Source: Verrucomicrobiota bacterium (GTDB lineage Bacteria; Verrucomicrobiota; Verrucomicrobiia; Chthoniobacterales; UBA6821). From it: DNA of 21,952 bases. Location: positions 1 through 21,952 of the forward strand of contig WBXG01000027.1 of assembly GCA_008932965.1 (NCBI GenBank), read 5' to 3'. This document shows positions 16,484-21,952 of the stretch, piece by piece; position 1 is the first letter of the stretch; every line of letters starts with the position of its first letter. Under the pieces are notes generated by a model, which had not been told where the DNA came from, did no database searches, and worked only from the letters and a program-made list of their open reading frames with translations. The position numbers and the translations under genes were made by a program.

Positions 16484-17689
16484 ATGAAAATAAGGAAGTT
16501 ATTCATTCTTATGCTAACTCTTTTTCTTATGCAGGGATGTCATAAAAAAAAGAATTCTCTTGAAACTGTTTTGCCTCGCAAAAGTTACGAAGTCATTAAG
16601 ATGGCCAATGGAGCCCTTGTGGAGAGTCATGTTACAAGCAAAGAGGGTATGAATGATGCACTCCAGACTTCCACAACACCCAATTCTTATGGTTTGGACT
16701 TAACACTCCATGTAACCGTTCCAGCACCTGCGATGACCATGAAAGCTCTTTGTGCGGCTACTCCAGAACTTGCTAATGCTCTCCCAACCTTAAAAGAAAT
16801 GCTACCACCAGCACCTCAAGAAGGGGTGAAAAACAGCTCCCTCTTTTACAGCAGACTTTTTGAGAACAAAATTAAAATGCTCCACTATCAACTCTCTCAT
16901 CTAGGTCAGCTCCCATCACGTGAATCCCTTTTTGATTGCCAAACAATCCTTCCCCTCACCAATACAACCACTCAATCAACTGCTATTTTAGTTCAAGCAA
17001 TCATGAATGTGAATGCAGATGGTTCTGATGGTGATCGCAATCTTCTATTAGAAAAACTCTCCTCTACCTATCAACCACAAACAAATTATCGTTGGCCCAA
17101 AACTACCTCTAGGCCAAATCCCAATATTAATGAGCTTCGAGAACACCTTGCTCTAGTTCAAAAGTCGCTGAGTGATGAAAAAATAACCCCTGAGCAAAAA
17201 TCAAGATTAGCATTAGAATCTTCCTCTCTTCAATCTACCCTCATCGAACTAGAACGCTGGAGTTTTCTAGTTGGTTCCGCAGATCCTTTTATCGTCTTAC
17301 CAAAATTCATGTTGGAAAAAATAAAGGATGGGGCCTCCATTGGTGATTATGCAGTAGTTCTTTATCAGGGAATACTCTATCCAGCAATCGTTGGGGATAT
17401 CGGTCCTGCATCCAAAATCGGCGAAGCCTCCTTACGCATCTGTCGTGCTATTGATTCTCAATCGAGTGAAACTCATCGCCCCTTAAGCGCTCCTCATGTG
17501 AGTTATTTTATTTTTCCTGGATCTAAAGACTACCCCTTTCAAGCTCCAGATTATTCCCATTGGAGCGAGCGCTGTCATGAGCTTTGGAAAAATCTAGGAG
17601 GAAGCGACAAGGTCACCTGGCATGAATGGGAAAAATGTGATCAGCCATGGCCTGAAATTCAACCCCAAATTAACCCGGATATTTCATGA
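16484..17689 (+). CDS. lipoprotein with a GH75 (chitosanase-like, PF07335-like) region; function unknown
   Basis: 401 aa with the lipobox MQGC. The motifs NVNADGSDGDR...QPQTNYRW, PFIVLP, AVVLYQGILYPAIVGDIGPASKIGEASLRICRAI and VSYFIFPG resemble, from my memory, fungal GH75 chitosanase blocks (DVDCDG...QPQTNW, PFIVIP, GDS...GEAS, YIVF). The last 6 codons and the stop are a MITE terminus. Confidence 0.5.
   Translation: MKIRKLFILMLTLFLMQGCHKKKNSLETVLPRKSYEVIKMANGALVESHVTSKEGMNDALQTSTTPNSYGLDLTLHVTVPAPAMTMKALCAATPELANALPTLKEMLPPAPQEGVKNSSLFYSRLFENKIKMLHYQLSHLGQLPSRESLFDCQTILPLTNTTTQSTAILVQAIMNVNADGSDGDRNLLLEKLSSTYQPQTNYRWPKTTSRPNPNINELREHLALVQKSLSDEKITPEQKSRLALESSSLQSTLIELERWSFLVGSADPFIVLPKFMLEKIKDGASIGDYAVVLYQGILYPAIVGDIGPASKIGEASLRICRAIDSQSSETHRPLSAPHVSYFIFPGSKDYPFQAPDYSHWSERCHELWKNLGGSDKVTWHEWEKCDQPWPEIQPQINPDIS
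17670..17689 (+). mobile_element. solo MITE terminus (copy R7), TTAA|CCCGGATATTTCATGA
   Basis: It matches the family left terminus at 14 of 16 body positions and carries the TTAA flank. No partner end lies downstream. It is read as I-N-P-D-I-S-stop by the lipoprotein CDS. Confidence 0.65.
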
Positions 17690-17697
17690 AAAGGATA

Positions 17698-18933
17698 TTA
17701 TTCTGTGAGCTTCACAATGCGGAGTTTATCAATACGGTGATGCTTCATAGAAAAAACCTGCAAATGGAGATGATCCACCACAATAGTTTCTCCTATCTTG
17801 GGAATATGACCTAAGTGATGTACAAAAAATCCACCAAGAGTGAGATAGCGATTTTCTTCGTGCTCTTGCTGAGGAGGAAGCCCTAATTTTTCGTACACTT
17901 CTTCATAATGGATCATAGCGTCGACAATCCAACTTCCATCATTTTGTTTTTTGATTTCAGGGTAATGCCCTTTAACTTCGCGCTCTGGAAGGACTCCTAA
18001 GATTGATTCCATGACATCTTTCAATGTGATAATACCTTCGATGACTCCAAACTCATCAACCACAAGGGCAGTATGATGTTTTTTCATACGAAATTCTTCG
18101 ATAATTTTAGATGCAGTTAGTCGATTAAACACATAAAGAGGTGCCGTGATGAGATCTACTAATTCTATAGATCCCAGCATCGAAAGATTCGCCCAAAGAG
18201 ATTTTACAGAAACAATCCCAACTATATTATCGAGACTTCCTTGAATCACTGGAAATTCAGAATGGCCACTAGAGATAATACGACGCCAATTCATTTCATC
18301 TTCATCCTCGAGATTTAAGAAAACAACATGGGAACGAGGAGTCATTAATGAGGCGGCTGTCTGTTCATCAAGATCGAGAATTCCCTCTACCATTTCTCGT
18401 TCAGATTCATTAAAGACTCCAGTATGTATCCCTTCATCCATCATCTGCATGACCTCCTCATCCGAGGTCGGATGATTTTCATTCAACGAGAGTCCAAAGA
18501 GTCCAAGTATTTTGCTTCCAGATGAGTCAAGAAAGGAAATAAAGGGTTTTATAAATCGGATAAAATAGCGTGATAGTTTTTCAATACCACTTACTGGTCC
18601 CCATGTGGGATGAGATTCAGCAAGAAAACAGGGAAAAAACCATCCAAAAAATAGAACAAGAATAGTCAAGTATAGGGTCGCTATCCAAGGAAGCATCCAA
18701 TATCCCAAAAATGTGAGAGGGTAATAACGATGGATCTCCTTTCCAATAAAAACCGCAGCAAAGGTGAAGCAGAAAGAGGCACTAAGTCGAAAAAGTAAGC
18801 GAGTAACTCGGATGACTTTTACAGTTTTGAAATCTCCTTTTCCAGTTTTTAGAAGTGCTTCTGCTAGTATAAAAATCGACCCAAAGAAAACGATGATGAA
18901 AGATTCAAAAAAATCTCGTAGAAGAAATGTCAT
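17698..18933 (-). CDS. CNNM/DUF21 transmembrane protein with CBS pair and CorC_HlyC domain (TlyC/hemolysin-family)
   Basis: 411 aa. It has N-terminal TM helices, the linker ...SEREMVEGILDLDEQTAASLMTPRSHVV, two CBS motifs, and a C-terminal transporter-associated domain. Confidence 0.85.
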   Translation of the reverse strand: MTFLLRDFFESFIIVFFGSIFILAEALLKTGKGDFKTVKVIRVTRLLFRLSASFCFTFAAVFIGKEIHRYYPLTFLGYWMLPWIATLYLTILVLFFGWFFPCFLAESHPTWGPVSGIEKLSRYFIRFIKPFISFLDSSGSKILGLFGLSLNENHPTSDEEVMQMMDEGIHTGVFNESEREMVEGILDLDEQTAASLMTPRSHVVFLNLEDEDEMNWRRIISSGHSEFPVIQGSLDNIVGIVSVKSLWANLSMLGSIELVDLITAPLYVFNRLTASKIIEEFRMKKHHTALVVDEFGVIEGIITLKDVMESILGVLPEREVKGHYPEIKKQNDGSWIVDAMIHYEEVYEKLGLPPQQEHEENRYLTLGGFFVHHLGHIPKIGETIVVDHLHLQVFSMKHHRIDKLRIVKLTE

Positions 18934-19014
18934 TTTTAATTAAACTGAAGGTTTTGTTGGGGAGAAAAAAAAGAGCTTACCGCATGTTATCAACTTCTCG
19001 AGCAGGATCAATCC

Positions 19015-21951
19015 ATGAAACATCACGCTGATCGAAAACATTCCTTCCAAGAATCCCATTATCTTTTAGATGGTTTTAAAAAAATCGATCAGGATCTCCA
19101 TTTTTTGATGCTCTGCTTCAAGGAAGTTCTCCTAGAGCTTGGTGAGGCCAAATTAGCCCATGCTCTTCCCTGGATTTCAACCTCCGAGGAGGCTCACAGT
19201 GCACAAAAAGGTTTGGAGCAGGCCTATTCTATTGCTTTTCAATTGCTCAATATTGTGGAGGCCAATGCTGCCGAAAAAACACGACGTCTCCGTGAAATAC
19301 GAGCTGGATTGACCCTGGAGCGGGGCTTGTGGGGATCTCAATTATTGCGTCTCAAAAAATCTGGATTCAGCGCTCAGGAGATTGCTACGTTTTTTTCACA
19401 GGTTCGCGTAGAGCCCGTCTTTACGGCTCATCCAACAGAAGCAAAACGGGGAGTTGTTTTAGAGCAGCATCGAATTCTCAATCAGCTTTTGACATCCATC
19501 CACCAGGAGGAGAGAACTCCTTTGGAAGAGAAAAAAATTCGTGAAGAGATAAAAATGGCTCTCGAAAAACTATGGCGCAGTGGAGAAATTTTTTTAAATC
19601 AACCCAAGGTTTCAGAAGAACGCCGAGGGATTCTTTTTTATTTTCGCAGCATTCTTCCTGAAGCACTCGCACACCTAGATGATCGGCTAGAAGCTGTTTG
19701 GGAAGAATTAGACTTTCCTTTGGAACTCATCGCCTCTCATAAATCTCGTCCTAGATTAGAATTTGGAACGTGGGTTGGTGGTGATCGTGATGGGCATCCT
19801 TTTGTAACCTCAGAGGTCACACGAGAGACCCTTGCAGAACTCCGCCTTTCAGCTCTTAGCTTATTGGATCGACAACTAGAAGAAGTAGCACGTGCACTTC
19901 CCTTATCAATTCATTTTCAAATGCCCTCGGAGCCTCTCTGCAAGATGATAGAACAATTTAAGAAAGAGCTTGGAGAGGTTGCTGCAGGCATTATTACTCG
20001 CTGCCCGGAGGAGTTATGGAGACAGTTTGTGCTCTTAGTTCAAGCAAAACTTCCTCTTGCAAAGAATACATTTTTAAAATCTCATGATACTTTTTCTTTA
20101 GCCCATATATTTCATGCTGATGGTGACGAGGAGGCTGATGGGATCAAGCGAGTGATGAAGTGTGACGATAGAGGTTCGAGTATAGAATGCTCAGGTAAGG
20201 ATTCGAGCTCGACGCAGCATCCATATGGCTTGCCGGCTTCAGCAGTTGATCAGCATGAAATATCATGCCCAGTCTTCTTTAAGACTCCTCATGAGGTTCG
20301 ACTAGCATTAGAGCTCTTAGCTGCAAGTTTAGAGGAGATTCATGGAGAGAGGTTCGTTAAGAAACTGATATGGCCCTTACTCCGCTCTCTCGATGTGTTT
20401 GGTTTTCATCTTGCAGACTTAGATATTCGACAAAATAGCCAGAGGCACGATCTGGTGATGCAACAGATTCTACAAGCTGCCAAGGTTCCTGAGGCCGATT
20501 CTTTTACCCAATGGAAGGAATCCAAACGTCTTGCTTTTCTTAGAAAAGAGCTTACCTCAGAACAAACACTTTTAAAAAATAAAGAGAAGCTCCCCCAAGA
20601 GGCAGAAGAACTTCTTCATCTCTACCATCTTCTTGGCGAGGAGATAAGAAATCATGGGCAAGTATCTCTCGGATCATTAATCGTGAGTATGACACGCCGG
20701 CTCTCTGATCTTCTCGTAGTGATTTTTCTTGCTCGTCAAGCCGGTATTAGCAGATGGAACGGAGAAACACATTACTCGCTTCTACCCATTGTCCCTCTTT
20801 TTGAAACCTATGAGGATCTCAAGCATTCCCCTGAGCTTCTCCATAACTACCTTCAAGAAGCTTCTGGATGGGCCACCCTCCTTCATCAATCCAAGAAAAC
20901 GGAACCCAACGCAGAGCCCTCTTTAGTCCAGCAAATTATGATTGGCTATAGCGATAGCAACAAAGATTGTGGAATTTTAGCGAGCCAGTGGGTTCTTCAT
21001 GAATCTCAGAGAGCTATGACTGAAGTAGGAAACTCCTTAAATGTAGCAATACGTTTTTTCCATGGACGTGGTGGTACAATCAGTAGGGGAGCCGGTCCGA
21101 CACACCTTTTTTTAGAAGCCTTGCCCCCTGGCTCGCTACAAGGAGATCTTAGAATGACAGAACAGGGCGAGACTATTGCTCAAAAATATGGAACACAGAG
21201 TAACGCAACCTATCATCTAGAGTTACTTCTTGCCGGAGTTACCAGCCTCTCACTTCTCAATAAAAAAAAGCATTCCAAAAAAGAGAGCTTTCAAGAAAAA
21301 GAAAAGTCTCGCTTTGCCGCCCTCATTGGTTCCTTCCTTGCTGAAAAGAGTGCTTTGGCCTACCGAGCCTTAATCACTACGGAGGGATTCTTAACCTTTT
21401 ATGAGCAGGCCACTCCCATTGATGCGCTTGAGGTCAGCCGCATTGGCTCCCGCCCCAAAAGGCGTTCTGCACAACATCAGTTTTCTGATCTTAGGTCGAT
21501 CCCATGGGTTTTTAGCTGGAATCAGGCTCGCTATTTTCTTCCAGGTTGGTTCGGGGTGGGAAGTGCCCTTACTGCTTTAGAACAAGAAGATGTGGAACTT
21601 TTCAAAGCCCTTCAAGAACATCATCGTGCTTGGCCCTTTCTCAATTATGTTCTCCTTAATGTGGAGACGAACATCGCCTCTGCAAACCTTTCTATGATGA
21701 AAAAATATGCCTCTCTTGTCACAGATCAATCGATCCAAGAGAAGCTATTGACAATGATCACTCAAGAGTTTGAGCAAACAGAATCTCAGCTCCACAAGGT
21801 CTTTGGGGGAAGCCTTCAAGAACGTCGTCCTCGCATGGGCAAAACCTTAGCACTTCGTGCAAAAGGACTCGATCTTCTCCATGAACAACAGATCATTACA
21901 CTGCAATCATGGCGCAAGGCTCAACATGAGGATCCTATTCATGCTCAGAAA
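19015..21951 (+). CDS. ppc: phosphoenolpyruvate carboxylase; 3' end outside the window; carries an in-frame MITE
   Basis: Hand translation of frame 1 from ATG 19015 gives 979 codons with no stop. The motifs VFTAHPTEAKR, TWVGGDRDGHPFVT, LDIRQNS, IGYSDSNKDCGILAS, FHGRGGTISRGAGP and MTEQGETIAQKY are present. It is absent from the ORF track because it has no stop in the window. Confidence 0.93.
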   Translation, partial: MKHHADRKHSFQESHYLLDGFKKIDQDLHFLMLCFKEVLLELGEAKLAHALPWISTSEEAHSAQKGLEQAYSIAFQLLNIVEANAAEKTRRLREIRAGLTLERGLWGSQLLRLKKSGFSAQEIATFFSQVRVEPVFTAHPTEAKRGVVLEQHRILNQLLTSIHQEERTPLEEKKIREEIKMALEKLWRSGEIFLNQPKVSEERRGILFYFRSILPEALAHLDDRLEAVWEELDFPLELIASHKSRPRLEFGTWVGGDRDGHPFVTSEVTRETLAELRLSALSLLDRQLEEVARALPLSIHFQMPSEPLCKMIEQFKKELGEVAAGIITRCPEELWRQFVLLVQAKLPLAKNTFLKSHDTFSLAHIFHADGDEEADGIKRVMKCDDRGSSIECSGKDSSSTQHPYGLPASAVDQHEISCPVFFKTPHEVRLALELLAASLEEIHGERFVKKLIWPLLRSLDVFGFHLADLDIRQNSQRHDLVMQQILQAAKVPEADSFTQWKESKRLAFLRKELTSEQTLLKNKEKLPQEAEELLHLYHLLGEEIRNHGQVSLGSLIVSMTRRLSDLLVVIFLARQAGISRWNGETHYSLLPIVPLFETYEDLKHSPELLHNYLQEASGWATLLHQSKKTEPNAEPSLVQQIMIGYSDSNKDCGILASQWVLHESQRAMTEVGNSLNVAIRFFHGRGGTISRGAGPTHLFLEALPPGSLQGDLRMTEQGETIAQKYGTQSNATYHLELLLAGVTSLSLLNKKKHSKKESFQEKEKSRFAALIGSFLAEKSALAYRALITTEGFLTFYEQATPIDALEVSRIGSRPKRRSAQHQFSDLRSIPWVFSWNQARYFLPGWFGVGSALTALEQEDVELFKALQEHHRAWPFLNYVLLNVETNIASANLSMMKKYASLVTDQSIQEKLLTMITQEFEQTESQLHKVFGGSLQERRPRMGKTLALRAKGLDLLHEQQIITLQSWRKAQHEDPIHAQK
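20098..20268 (+). mobile_element. MITE-like TIR element, copy R8, inside the ppc coding sequence and in frame
   Basis: TTAG|CCCATATATTTCATGCTGATGGTGACGAGGAGGCTGATGG...ACGCAGCATCCATATGGCTTGCCGGCTTCAGCAGTTGATCAGCATGAAATATCATGC. The right arm is identical to R2 at 44 of 52 hand-aligned positions. The boundaries are uncertain by a few bp. Confidence 0.8.
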
Positions 21952-21952
21952 C

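Noticed and set aside
20098-20268. The insert in ppc considered as an intein, an intron or a sign of pseudogenisation
   Set aside because: It is only about 57 codons and has no intein splicing blocks (no N-terminal Cys/Ser plus C-terminal His-Asn-Cys/Ser/Thr arrangement). It is far too small for a group I or group II intron. It is clearly homologous to the intergenic repeat. The ORF is intact with all catalytic motifs, so it is not an obvious pseudogene.

Overview
This is a chromosomal, mostly housekeeping window from a bacterium that looks to be roughly low-to-mid 40s % GC by eye (not computed). I support 18 CDSs. They are: a partial SAM-dependent methyltransferase, a DUF883/ElaB-like protein, a co-transcribed NodT-type outer-membrane factor plus HlyD-type adaptor, long-form ispH, an L,D-transpeptidase lipoprotein, a YkgJ-type Cys-cluster protein, a CbiX-type chelatase, a DUF4143 AAA ATPase, lepA, lepB (divergent from lepA), a NIF3-family protein, ychF, a dGTPase-like HD protein, a double PG-binding-domain protein, a GH75-like lipoprotein, a CNNM/TlyC-type CBS protein, and ppc (runs off the 3' edge). 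No rRNA, tRNA or CRISPR array was seen. The unusual content is not a gene cluster. It is a dense family of short (about 157-177 bp) non-coding elements with terminal inverted repeats, MITE-like, ending in CCCGGATATTTCATAC...GTATGAAATATCCGGG and usually flanked by TTAA, CTAG or TTAG. At least 9 copies or fragments occur in 22 kb. One copy is nested inside another with a clean TTAA duplication. Two direct copies bracket the AAA-ATPase gene. Several copies sit on or next to stop codons, and a solo terminus supplies the last residues and the stop of one CDS. One copy is inserted in frame inside ppc without interrupting a 979-codon ORF, which is behaviour like the Rickettsia palindromic elements (RPE). 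The same reading phase is open through most intact copies. All homology calls come from motif recognition on translated ORFs, and all repeat alignments were done by hand; no database search was possible.
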